48,553 nucleotides of DNA from Candidatus Heimdallarchaeota archaeon. Lineage in GTDB: Archaea > Asgardarchaeota > Heimdallarchaeia > Hodarchaeales > Hodarchaeaceae. Positions 1 to 10,275 of the stretch are shown here, in pieces. Location of the stretch: contig JBHLSH010000019.1 of NCBI GenBank assembly GCA_048881705.1, positions 1 to 48,553 of the forward strand. The letters run 5' to 3'. Numbering within the stretch: the stretch's first letter is position 1; the number at the start of each line of letters is the position of its first letter. The position numbers and the translations under genes were made by a program. The notes under the pieces were generated by a model that was not told the DNA's origin, did not search any database, and was given only the letters and a program-made list of their open reading frames with translations.

Positions 1-3000
1 GGATTGAATTTCAGATTAGTTAAAAATGGCCCACAATTAATGAAAGTAATTGTCTTAGGAAATGAAGCTGTCTCGGATCCCTCGTTATACGATTGGGATG
101 GTACAGATTTTAACATGAGCTTTGTTTTTAATTCAACTGCTAGAGTTACCAGAATTTACATTTACAGTGATCAAAACCTTGGAGGGATTATGTTCACAAA
201 CGGCTCTGGAATAACCTGGTATCAAAACACCACTGACACACAACAATATTACAAATTGAATTCGGTTGTAAACTTTGATATTGGCAATACAGGTAATCGG
301 AGTATCTTTATTCGAGCTCAGGATGAAACTGGCTGGAATAGCAGCTGGACACAAGCTTTCCTCTTTGTGGATGAGGAGGATCCTACCCTGACGCTTGCTT
401 CCGTAACTGAACTTAATCTCACATGGACAATTCACCCAGATGTGTTGGCCGGCAATGGGACTGTCTATTTCAGTAACCAAATGGGGCCTTCAAATGCCGC
501 TGGCTTTGACGTAACAGTTAACGCCGCTGATAGTGGAAGTGGAATGACCAATGGGTATGTTGACTTCCAAGCTTTTGAAGGGATTCCAGCGCAAACAAAC
601 ACCTATACTGGAACCTTTTCTGTAGATCAATCAACCACTGATAGGGCATGGATTCGAGCTTATGCAATTGATGCGTCGGGCCGAAACAGCAGTTCCATTG
701 CGATAGTTGAAGTTATAAGAGACACTTCTGCTCCAACCTTACCAATCATTACAACCGTGGTAGAGAATTCGGAATATCTGTTCTTTAATTCAGGTTCTAC
801 TACCCTGTATTATTCGAACGACCAAATCATGAGCGCCATATTTACGATCCGACTCACAACTACTGACGTAGGTGGTGCAGGCCTCGCAAATGCCACTGGT
901 AGTGCCGATTTCGGTGGTGAGATTCCTACCGATACGGTATACTCTGGAAGATACGATATTAGTTATACAGTTAGCCAATCGGAGACGGCAGGAGGGGATA
1001 ATCAGGTAATTGTAACTGTTTATGACCTGGTGGGCAATAGCATAGCAAAACCGTTAGCTTCAACAATTGATAATGCCGCTCCCTCTCTTCCTGTTTTTAC
1101 TGGTGTTGTTGAAAGCTCCGAAAACATTCATTACAATGGAACTCATCTCTTCTACTCCAACGATCAATTGATGGCCGATCTCTTCACCATTCAGTTTACC
1201 ACGAGTGATGGACTGGGTGCAGGTTTACAAAATGCTACGGGAACACCGGAATTCGGCGGTGAAATTCCATTTGATGTTATTTACTCAGCCATGTATGAGA
1301 TCTCATATACAATCAGTGGAGGCGAAACCGCAGGTGGAAATAATATAAACATCAGTGTTTACGATTTCGTGGGAAACTACATCAATGCCACCTTCAAGGT
1401 TATCCCTGATAATACGGCCCCATCGATTCCTATTATTACTGGGATCTCCGAAACTTCAGAATTCATATACTTCGATGGTTCCTCCATCCTTTATTATTCC
1501 AATGACCAGTCTATGAGCGATAGCTTCACCATCCAATTTACCACGGACGATGCACTAGCAGATTTGCAGAATGCTACCGGTAGTTCTGATTTTGGCGAAG
1601 TTAATCGAGTCGACACCACCTATACCGCTGGTTATGAATTAACTTATACAATTGACCAATCAGAAACCGCAGGTGGTGATAACCAAATTGTGATTACGGT
1701 TTATGACATGGTGGGGAATTCCATAACAACCGTTATGAGTTGTGTCTTGGATAATGGCGCTCCGACTGTTCCCACGATTACAGGAGTTTTGGAAACTTCA
1801 GAATACATAGCTTACATTGCTCCCATACTTTATTACTCAAATGATCAACCTATGGGTCATACCTTCACAATTCAACTTACAACGAGTGATGGAATTGTCG
1901 GCCTGAAAAACGCGACGGGAAGTCTTGATTTTGGCGGGGAAACTCCAGGGGATAATAGTTATGCTGGTAGTTATGAAATCACATATGATATAAGCCAAGG
2001 TGACAACGCTAGTGCCGACAGTGAGGTCAATATAACTGTGTACGACTTAGTTGGAAACTTCATTACTGTCGCCTTGGTTTGTACGCTTGACAACCTAGTA
2101 CCAACCACTCCAACCATATCGAATATAATTGAATCCTCTGATTTTCTCTATTATGATGGTGCCATTCTTTATTATGCTAATACTGCGCCTCTGATGAGTG
2201 AACCTTTTACTATCCAGTTAACAACAAGCGATACCATTTCTGGACTCCAAAACGCGACAGGCGAACTGGAATTCGGAGAGACCAATGTGGTGGATCTGGT
2301 TTATTCAGGGGGGTATGAGCTTACCTACACGGTGGATAACGGGGAAACCGCAATTGGCAATCAAATCTCAGTCACCGTGTATGACAATGTTGGTAATTTC
2401 ATATCTATAAATCTAGATGCCGTTCTTGATAACATTGTGCCAACAGGGCTCTCAATCAATTCCATTCTTGAGAGCAGTGAATATATTTATTATAACAATA
2501 GTGGAAATGGTGAGCTTTTCTTCTCTAATGACCAATCGATGAATGATCCGTTTACTATCAAGCTGTCCGCACTGGAATATCTGAGTGGAATTCAAAACGT
2601 CACGGGCAGTTTCGACTTCGGGGAGTCCCGAAGCAGCTTCTCAAATGCCTCCGGGACATTCGATTTAACTTACTCGATCGCCAGTGGAGAAACAACGACG
2701 GCATCTGATGGGACCTTAACTCTCACGGTATATGATAATGTAGGTAATAACGCCAGTCTTACTCTTACAGTGACATTGGATAATACTGCACCATCCGCTC
2801 CTTCAATTACGAATGTGTGGGAATCTTCGGAGTATTTACACTATAATTCACCCATTCTTTATTACTCCAATGATCAACCCATGAGTGATAGTTTTACCAT
2901 TCAGTTTATCACGAGTGATAGTGGAGCGGGGCTTTTGAATGCGACAGGAGAGACCGATTTTGGAGGAGACACTCCGAACGACTTGACATACGCTTCTGGG

Positions 3001-6000
3001 TACAACCTAACCTACACTGTGAGTCAAGCCGAAAGTGCCAGTGGAGGAGCGGTTGGAATTACAGTCTTCGATGGAGTAGGAAACAGCGTCACTGTGAGTT
3101 TAACCTGTACATTAGATAATACTGCCCCAACCCTGCCTACAATTACGAATATTGTGGAATCCTCGGAATATATCCATTATAATACTCCTAATCTGTACTA
3201 TTCCTCAGATCAGGCGATGAGTGATCAGTTCACGATCCGATTTTCCACCAGCGATGCCATCGCAGGACTTCAAAACGCGACAGGCGAACTGGAATTTGGA
3301 GAGACGAATGTGGTGGATCTGGTTTATTCAGGAGGATATGAGCTTACTTACACGATAGATAACGGAGAAACCGCTAACGGCAACCAAATTACAATTACTG
3401 TTTACGATATGGTCGGCAACAGTGTTAGCATCGCATTGAGTACCATTTTAGATGACACGAGTCCGACATTACCATCGATTGTGAACCTTGTTGAAACATC
3501 TGAGCATTTGTATTACGATGGGGCCACGTTCTATTACTCCAATGACCAAACCATGAATGATCCGTTTATTATTATCATTTCAACAAGTGACTCAGTTTCA
3601 GGCCTTAAAAATGCCACGGGAGAAACAGAATTTGGCAATACTCCCAGTGATACAGTATATTCTGCAGGATTTGAACTTACCTATACTGTGGATAACCTAG
3701 AGTCTGTTACAGGGGGTCAAATTACGATAACTGTTTATGATATGGTCGGGAATGCCATCAATATTAATCTCCCTGCCATCGAGGACAATTTGGCGCCGAA
3801 AATTTCCCTCTTAAACACCGCGGTACGGGAATCCTCAGATTTTGCCTATTACCCACTAAATGGCACGCAGGTTCTCTATTATAGTAATAAGATGTCAACC
3901 GACGTTACAGTCTATATTAATGTGACGACCTCTGATGGGTCCTCCGGCCTTCAGGTAACGGAATTCCCATCGCTGTTCAATGTCGGCAGTGCGTTTAATA
4001 CGACAGTATACAACCAGTCTTATGTTGTTTCTAACACCAGCGGGGATAATGGGACATTTACTTTCAGGAGCTTTGACAATGTGGGGAATATCGCTCTCAT
4101 CACGCTAGAAATTGTTCGGGATAATCAGGCCCCTGATCAATCGGTCATTAGCGCGATTACAGAAAGTTCGCAATACTTGTACACTTCGGGGGTCGCGAAG
4201 TTATGGTATTCAGATCTCATGGGTGGGGTTCCCGTTTCCGTTGGCATCGATATTAACGGAATCGATCAAGGAGGATCACTCGCAGCGGGTTTGGCGGTGA
4301 TCACATTCCCAACCATAGGGGATGAATCCCCAGGGAATATCACTTCTGGTACCTCTACGTATTCTGTGACCTATAATCTCAGTTCCACTGACAGCACAAC
4401 AGGGGATTTGTTCTTTACGGTATATGACCGGGTGGGAAACACGTATCAGATCCCTCTCGAAGTGATCAATGATATTACAATTCCAACGATCAGTTTTGCC
4501 GATGTCACGAATCCATTATATGATCCCGATGCGAATGAATTGGATAACACGGGAAATTGGTATGACCAAGGTGTTCTTTCTGGCGGATTCTCTGTCAGTT
4601 CAACACCGACGGATCCATTGAGTGGTTCCCGCCAAGGAAGTGGGGTATTTACCGTTTTTATTGATTGGGATAGCACCAATGATTTGGATGACAATTTGAG
4701 TATTAACGCTGGTGCAGATGGCGATGAGATAATAACAGGCCTGACTGATGATGGCGACGGCAATATTGTAATAACCCTTACCGCCTATGATAATGTCGCC
4801 AATTTTGCGCAGACCAGTATAACGATCCGATTTGATAATACAAAGCCTTCAACAGTTGATTCGACGCTGTTAGACCAGAATGGACCTATCATTTCTTTGT
4901 CAGGTCAGGCCTCAGATGCTAGCTCTGGGGTTCAGAAGATCACATTTTTAGACTACAACGGCTCTCACTTCCCCACAATAATCTCTAGTGGGTTTGCCAG
5001 TTGGTCTCTCGATAATACATCAGCCTTAGATGGAATCATTCCCGCGGGTCAAAATATGGTATTAAATGTGACAGTTTTTGACAACGTCAACAATAAAGAT
5101 ACCTATAATGTCACTATCACGTTCCATACACTGAAATTCCTTGCTTTCTCCCATAACATCCCAAAACGAGTAGAGATCGATGATCCAAATCCCCTAGACT
5201 GGAAGATTACCATCGATTTCGAATATGATGGCATTTTAGCTGGGAGTGGCACCACTGTGATCGATCGTTTCATCGATCTTACCCAATTTAAAGCGTGGAT
5301 AAACGATACCTCCTTGGCTATTAAGCCAGGATCCTTGGTTTGGCTTCCTGGCCCTCAACTTCAATTTACTGTCATTCTGCCCAATAGTTCCAGCACTCCA
5401 GAGGTGTTAGAGCACCTAACCATAGGGGAAACCTATCTTAAGAACCTCCGTGTGGAATGGAATATCACTACCCCCTCCATTGATGTCAGAATCGGTCACA
5501 ATGTCTCAAACGTTGTGTCCTACCATGATTTGGAGATCTGGTACATTAATGACGACCTGGATATTACGGAAACGGATAACCCCGACATTATGAATTTGGT
5601 TCTGCAATTCCGTAAGGATTATCAACCTCTGGATCCGTTTTCAGGAGATCTAACTTTCCTCGTCAATGGAGGTTCCGCCACATTGGAAGGTGGAATTTCC
5701 CCTGTTGGTACTGGAACAGGCAATTGGAATGTTCCGATTCGTCTTCCATCTGGTTTGACTCCAGGCTTACACAGCATATCCTTTAGCTGGCGGTACAACC
5801 TTGGAGAGTATTATTACGTCATTGATTCAAATACTAGCAGCAATATAGTAAATTACCATGACATAGACATTACTGTGGCGCTGCCCGCCCCAGATTCGTT
5901 TAGGATATTTGAAATTGATTCAGATTTCTCATCTTTGGTCTATTTCAACATTACTGAAGATAAAGGGGATGGTAATGGCCCTCAACCAGTTACGAGTCGT

Positions 6001-9000
6001 GATATCAATGATCTTCTTGATTTCAGAATTCGGGGAGTAAGTCTTCTCTCCCAAACTTCGAATTTCTTGTCTGGGAGTGGTGGTAGCGATTATTCTTTCA
6101 ACTTCACTCTCTTTGATACCAATACAACATTCTCTTGGATTGGAAACAACATCCTTAGTTTCCGTATAAATACGAGTACAGGGCTATCAGATTGGGGATC
6201 TATAATCCTCATTGGGCATGATTTGGTTGTATTGATAGAAAGTCTTCTTACTGAGGGTGGTCTCAATATCTTTGATCCTGATGAGCTTACACGCTTTGAT
6301 ATGGTTGTTCGTGTCAAAGAAGACAGGGGATTCGGGTTCCAAAACGTCACAGGGCTAAAGATGCCCAACTTTGCCAGTTTATTCATGGAAAATGTCGGGG
6401 ATCCCAACCAAAACGCAACAATAGGATTTCTGGATAGCTGGATATCAACGGAAAATACAACAATGTATAGTGAGTATCTCATTAAGTTCACCCTGCAAGC
6501 CCTCGAAGCTAGTAAACTGAGCCTTGGTCGAATCAAAGTTACTTTTGAACTTACGGATCATGAAGGGCATCACGCGTCGGAGTTCAACACAGGATTAGAA
6601 AGCAAGGATTTCGTTAACCTACTGGGCTTACAATGGATTACTACGCCCTTTGGCAACTTTACGTTCGATTCATCCAATGCGACATCAGATATCACTTTCC
6701 GTTTGTCGTTGGATCAGGTTCTACATGTCCATTTCCGCATTTTCGCTCTGGATACCGGTCTTACTCTTACTGATCCTATCTATGTATACTGGGAAACCCC
6801 GTGGAATACCTCCCAACCCAACCCTCTCCCAATCTTGAGATCTGGGCACGTTACTCTCAACCTGACCTCTAGTCAGCCGTATCGTCAGGCTTTCATCGCC
6901 TATGCCGAGGGTAATCGTGAGAAACAATTACAGTTCCAACCATGGCGGTTCTACGTGGAGTGGGATAGAATGGTCGCATCAAATGTGACCATTGACGATT
7001 ATTCTGCCTCTACGGATAACAATAGTGTCCTGAATGTTGGTGGCAATTATACCTTAATTTATACTGCCCTCTTTGACCAGTCTGGTAAAGGGGCTGGTAA
7101 TAGTCAACTCCAGCTCAACTTGAGTGTTTCGGAATTCATAGGGATCGGATGGACTCTAGTTGACGGTAGTCTCATCGAACATCTAGCCAATGGTACTGAT
7201 TTGCTTTACCCAATTGTCGGGGGATTGGCTACTATTGATCATCTAGACGGAACGGGATCGAGATTCTTCTCCATCAATAATGGAACTCAGATCATTGGAC
7301 TAATGATAATCAATGATACGCAAAATGTCTTTCCATTTGGAGACGGACAACTTCAGATTGACCTTCAGTTCTTTGATCTGGCCAAAGTTGATTTAACGGT
7401 ACGTCCTAAAACTGAAATTGAATCAGGTGTGCTGTATCGATATTATTCCTCCTATCCGCCGTATTCGGGTCCAGTGTTCTCATTGGTCAATAACACGTCT
7501 GCGGCCATATTCCAAGACACGCTGATTTGGACAAAATTAATAGTTACTCTGACCTCCGAAGACGGACGAATTCCTAAGCTCACGACGGGCACAATCTATG
7601 CCGATGTTGCGTATGCCCACGATAGTTCCTGGGTACTTGATGACCAAATCAGAGTTTTTCTCCTAGACAATACGCTGGATCAAAATCGTTCTGAAGCTAA
7701 CTGGATAAACAACAGGGCGACTTTCACAGGCCTACTTTCCCAAGGAATTGTTGAATTAGTTAAATATAATATTTCAGCGTTTGTGGACTCTCGATATGGG
7801 ATTTTTCTATTTGAGGATGCGATATCAGGATCTTCAGATGCCTATACGGAAATGATCTGGGATCAAGTTATTTTTGAGTTTTCCTTTGCGGAGCCATGGG
7901 GAGCGGATTTACGGTTCAACGTCAATACCAGTGCCATTATTCAGGTAAAAGCATATTATGCCTATGATAAAACACCATTTAACGGAACTATCTTAACGAG
8001 GCATCGTAATATCTACACCCCAATTGTTTCGGAATTTACCTTTGCTCGGAATTGGAATGATAGTGTTGTAATTAAACTAAAACCTGCTGAACAAAGCGGC
8101 CCGGGAACAACTCTCTTTTTGCTAATCAACGTAACTGCTGACTACAACTGGGGTCTTAATGGAACGCGCCCTGGCTTGGGTTATCGAGTGATCTACGGTA
8201 GTGGAACTGGTAGTAAGTTCATGATTTTAAGATGGGATCGCATTATTATGCAATTTGAGCATGCTTCCTCTTACAACCCAGGCGATTCTTTGAATATGAT
8301 TCTGAAAGCTTACTATGAAAGCACCCTGGCAGCCGTAAATACTTCTAACTTTGTTTATACAGTTTATAAGGACGGACAACTGTACTCACCCGAGAACAGA
8401 TCCGTTCTATCCTTTAGTGACCATGAAATGCATCCGCGAAGTCATATTTACATGATAAGCTTCGCATACGATTCACGTACAAATCTGACCGGCGCTTTTA
8501 ATTCAATTACAAAAGCCCCATTTCCCTCCAATGTTGTAACTTGGATTGATAACCAGAAACCCCGTCTTGTGGAACAGAAATTAATTGATTTTGGCAACGG
8601 GACGCTTGGTTTTCTTGTAATTGCTAGTGACGATCTCCCAGAAATTTATTTCGGGAGCGGAATTGAGAATGTGACAGTTCAATTGATTATTGGTTCACAA
8701 CCGCCTGGGACAATATGGCGATTAAGAGACTATGGAAACATGAGTTCAGGTGTAATATTCTTTGGCAATGTAACAACTGAAAGCTCTGGCGAAGACTTTG
8801 AATGGAATAGCACAATCACCTATAGACTGTTTATAACGGATAAAAACGGAAATCTCGAGTTTAAGGCTTTCCGTGTAAGACTTATTGCTGATCTCGATCC
8901 CCCTGAGATCTCGAACGTAAAGGTTACTTATTCAAATGAGAGCGATGGCAGTGTCACGATTGAAGCCTTTAGTTATGATGAATGGGCGGGCCTACTGAAT

Positions 9001-10275
9001 GCCTCAATAATATTCCGTACCTTGGGAACTTTAAACTGGTCGGCTCCAGTATTAATGAATCTTAGTCTATTGGATAGTGATAACAATGGAACCTTTTCAA
9101 TTCCCAAAATGTTCGCAGTTGGTGCAAACAAAGAATATAGAATTGTCATTTTCGATCGTGCAGGCAACTCAGCCTTTAAGGAAGGCCTGATTCAAGTTCT
9201 AGATAGAGCTGGCCCGCAAGTATTGCAGCCAATAACGCGAGAAACATTCACCTTTGAACAGGATAAGTTTGGTGAATTCTTTATACGGATTCAGGTGGTT
9301 GATAACGGCTCAGAGATTGAAAATGCTATTCTGCTTTACGAGATAGCAGGAACTGTTGGTAGTATTGAATTGACCGAGGTTTCTGGTAATTTAGCTGGAG
9401 AAGGTTCCTCAATTTTGGCCGCTGCCTATAGGGATCAACGAACGTTTTCCCGAAGGTTCACCATTCAACCTGATCTAATTAATACCCAGTTCCCAAGGTT
9501 TTCTTTACTTTTGAAAGATTCGGAAGGAAATCAGCGTACGATCACCGATTCACAAATCATGGCATGGTGGGAGAGCATTTACCCACAGGATACCCGTCCA
9601 ATTGATAGTATTGTACCGGGCGTTTTTCAGTTGATTGAAGAACCACTTGTTCTGATGATCATGGCTGTATTTATTCTAGGTTTCGCCTTCGTGGCAATTC
9701 AGCGTTTCCGTACGATAAGTGGCTTTGACAAGAAGAAGGTTCTACAGGACATTACCAAAGTTTCCGATACGGAGGTATGGGAAGAAAATGACAAGATCTC
9801 AATTGGTTTAACAGCCAGCTTCTTTGATCAGGTGAAAGGGCCTCAACCAATCATTGTCTACCCAGATCGATTATGGTCATCGGAGATGATGATTGTATCG
9901 TTAGCTGATCGCTCTTTTTCAACGCTCGGATTTGTGGCAAATCCTAATGAAGATAAACACGCCACCTTCCGCTATCACATAAGTGGTGAGAAATGTACCG
10001 TCTTTGGATATGCTTTTGCGATCGAAAATCCTGAGGCACGTGGTGGACAGGAGAACCTGGCGATCTGCTTCGTAATTCGGCCTCCTTGGGGTACCCTAGA
10101 GAATTTAAATCGATTCTTGAATGAATTATTGGAAAATATGCAGCGAATTAGCAACCTCATGAAGGAAGGGGTTGATACCAAAATCGTCCAGAAAGAGATG
10201 GAAAAAACTCGAGACTTCCTGACGAGAGCGATGCTGGTATTCCGCAGAAAATACAAGAAGGAGTTTGTTGAATGA
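1..10275 (+). CDS. Giant surface protein, 5'-partial: tandem Ig-like repeats, single C-terminal TM helix, cytoplasmic uDENN/longin (FLCN/SMCR8-like) domain
   Basis: Frame is open from base 1 (GGA TTG...), so the true start lies upstream. It has 11 tandem 111-117 aa repeats and many N-x-S/T sequons. TM EPLVLMIMAVFILGFAFVAI lies at about 9640-9705. The tail carries FFDQVKGPQP (9820) and ENPEARGG (Arg codon 10039-10041). Confidence 0.9.
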   Translation, partial: GLNFRLVKNGPQLMKVIVLGNEAVSDPSLYDWDGTDFNMSFVFNSTARVTRIYIYSDQNLGGIMFTNGSGITWYQNTTDTQQYYKLNSVVNFDIGNTGNRSIFIRAQDETGWNSSWTQAFLFVDEEDPTLTLASVTELNLTWTIHPDVLAGNGTVYFSNQMGPSNAAGFDVTVNAADSGSGMTNGYVDFQAFEGIPAQTNTYTGTFSVDQSTTDRAWIRAYAIDASGRNSSSIAIVEVIRDTSAPTLPIITTVVENSEYLFFNSGSTTLYYSNDQIMSAIFTIRLTTTDVGGAGLANATGSADFGGEIPTDTVYSGRYDISYTVSQSETAGGDNQVIVTVYDLVGNSIAKPLASTIDNAAPSLPVFTGVVESSENIHYNGTHLFYSNDQLMADLFTIQFTTSDGLGAGLQNATGTPEFGGEIPFDVIYSAMYEISYTISGGETAGGNNINISVYDFVGNYINATFKVIPDNTAPSIPIITGISETSEFIYFDGSSILYYSNDQSMSDSFTIQFTTDDALADLQNATGSSDFGEVNRVDTTYTAGYELTYTIDQSETAGGDNQIVITVYDMVGNSITTVMSCVLDNGAPTVPTITGVLETSEYIAYIAPILYYSNDQPMGHTFTIQLTTSDGIVGLKNATGSLDFGGETPGDNSYAGSYEITYDISQGDNASADSEVNITVYDLVGNFITVALVCTLDNLVPTTPTISNIIESSDFLYYDGAILYYANTAPLMSEPFTIQLTTSDTISGLQNATGELEFGETNVVDLVYSGGYELTYTVDNGETAIGNQISVTVYDNVGNFISINLDAVLDNIVPTGLSINSILESSEYIYYNNSGNGELFFSNDQSMNDPFTIKLSALEYLSGIQNVTGSFDFGESRSSFSNASGTFDLTYSIASGETTTASDGTLTLTVYDNVGNNASLTLTVTLDNTAPSAPSITNVWESSEYLHYNSPILYYSNDQPMSDSFTIQFITSDSGAGLLNATGETDFGGDTPNDLTYASGYNLTYTVSQAESASGGAVGITVFDGVGNSVTVSLTCTLDNTAPTLPTITNIVESSEYIHYNTPNLYYSSDQAMSDQFTIRFSTSDAIAGLQNATGELEFGETNVVDLVYSGGYELTYTIDNGETANGNQITITVYDMVGNSVSIALSTILDDTSPTLPSIVNLVETSEHLYYDGATFYYSNDQTMNDPFIIIISTSDSVSGLKNATGETEFGNTPSDTVYSAGFELTYTVDNLESVTGGQITITVYDMVGNAININLPAIEDNLAPKISLLNTAVRESSDFAYYPLNGTQVLYYSNKMSTDVTVYINVTTSDGSSGLQVTEFPSLFNVGSAFNTTVYNQSYVVSNTSGDNGTFTFRSFDNVGNIALITLEIVRDNQAPDQSVISAITESSQYLYTSGVAKLWYSDLMGGVPVSVGIDINGIDQGGSLAAGLAVITFPTIGDESPGNITSGTSTYSVTYNLSSTDSTTGDLFFTVYDRVGNTYQIPLEVINDITIPTISFADVTNPLYDPDANELDNTGNWYDQGVLSGGFSVSSTPTDPLSGSRQGSGVFTVFIDWDSTNDLDDNLSINAGADGDEIITGLTDDGDGNIVITLTAYDNVANFAQTSITIRFDNTKPSTVDSTLLDQNGPIISLSGQASDASSGVQKITFLDYNGSHFPTIISSGFASWSLDNTSALDGIIPAGQNMVLNVTVFDNVNNKDTYNVTITFHTLKFLAFSHNIPKRVEIDDPNPLDWKITIDFEYDGILAGSGTTVIDRFIDLTQFKAWINDTSLAIKPGSLVWLPGPQLQFTVILPNSSSTPEVLEHLTIGETYLKNLRVEWNITTPSIDVRIGHNVSNVVSYHDLEIWYINDDLDITETDNPDIMNLVLQFRKDYQPLDPFSGDLTFLVNGGSATLEGGISPVGTGTGNWNVPIRLPSGLTPGLHSISFSWRYNLGEYYYVIDSNTSSNIVNYHDIDITVALPAPDSFRIFEIDSDFSSLVYFNITEDKGDGNGPQPVTSRDINDLLDFRIRGVSLLSQTSNFLSGSGGSDYSFNFTLFDTNTTFSWIGNNILSFRINTSTGLSDWGSIILIGHDLVVLIESLLTEGGLNIFDPDELTRFDMVVRVKEDRGFGFQNVTGLKMPNFASLFMENVGDPNQNATIGFLDSWISTENTTMYSEYLIKFTLQALEASKLSLGRIKVTFELTDHEGHHASEFNTGLESKDFVNLLGLQWITTPFGNFTFDSSNATSDITFRLSLDQVLHVHFRIFALDTGLTLTDPIYVYWETPWNTSQPNPLPILRSGHVTLNLTSSQPYRQAFIAYAEGNREKQLQFQPWRFYVEWDRMVASNVTIDDYSASTDNNSVLNVGGNYTLIYTALFDQSGKGAGNSQLQLNLSVSEFIGIGWTLVDGSLIEHLANGTDLLYPIVGGLATIDHLDGTGSRFFSINNGTQIIGLMIINDTQNVFPFGDGQLQIDLQFFDLAKVDLTVRPKTEIESGVLYRYYSSYPPYSGPVFSLVNNTSAAIFQDTLIWTKLIVTLTSEDGRIPKLTTGTIYADVAYAHDSSWVLDDQIRVFLLDNTLDQNRSEANWINNRATFTGLLSQGIVELVKYNISAFVDSRYGIFLFEDAISGSSDAYTEMIWDQVIFEFSFAEPWGADLRFNVNTSAIIQVKAYYAYDKTPFNGTILTRHRNIYTPIVSEFTFARNWNDSVVIKLKPAEQSGPGTTLFLLINVTADYNWGLNGTRPGLGYRVIYGSGTGSKFMILRWDRIIMQFEHASSYNPGDSLNMILKAYYESTLAAVNTSNFVYTVYKDGQLYSPENRSVLSFSDHEMHPRSHIYMISFAYDSRTNLTGAFNSITKAPFPSNVVTWIDNQKPRLVEQKLIDFGNGTLGFLVIASDDLPEIYFGSGIENVTVQLIIGSQPPGTIWRLRDYGNMSSGVIFFGNVTTESSGEDFEWNSTITYRLFITDKNGNLEFKAFRVRLIADLDPPEISNVKVTYSNESDGSVTIEAFSYDEWAGLLNASIIFRTLGTLNWSAPVLMNLSLLDSDNNGTFSIPKMFAVGANKEYRIVIFDRAGNSAFKEGLIQVLDRAGPQVLQPITRETFTFEQDKFGEFFIRIQVVDNGSEIENAILLYEIAGTVGSIELTEVSGNLAGEGSSILAAAYRDQRTFSRRFTIQPDLINTQFPRFSLLLKDSEGNQRTITDSQIMAWWESIYPQDTRPIDSIVPGVFQLIEEPLVLMIMAVFILGFAFVAIQRFRTISGFDKKKVLQDITKVSDTEVWEENDKISIGLTASFFDQVKGPQPIIVYPDRLWSSEMMIVSLADRSFSTLGFVANPNEDKHATFRYHISGEKCTVFGYAFAIENPEARGGQENLAICFVIRPPWGTLENLNRFLNELLENMQRISNLMKEGVDTKIVQKEMEKTRDFLTRAMLVFRRKYKKEFVE
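718..4467 (+). repeat. Intragenic tandem repeat array: 11 units of about 114 aa (Ig-like fold inferred)
   Basis: Units start at about 718, 1066, 1405, 1747, 2086, 2425, 2776, 3112, 3448, 3781 and 4117. Consensus DNxAPxxPxI...ESSEY...LYYSNDQxM...FTIxxTTSD...GLxNATG..FG...Y.LTYT...GET..N.I.ITVYD.VGN. The last two units are degenerate. Confidence 0.9.
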
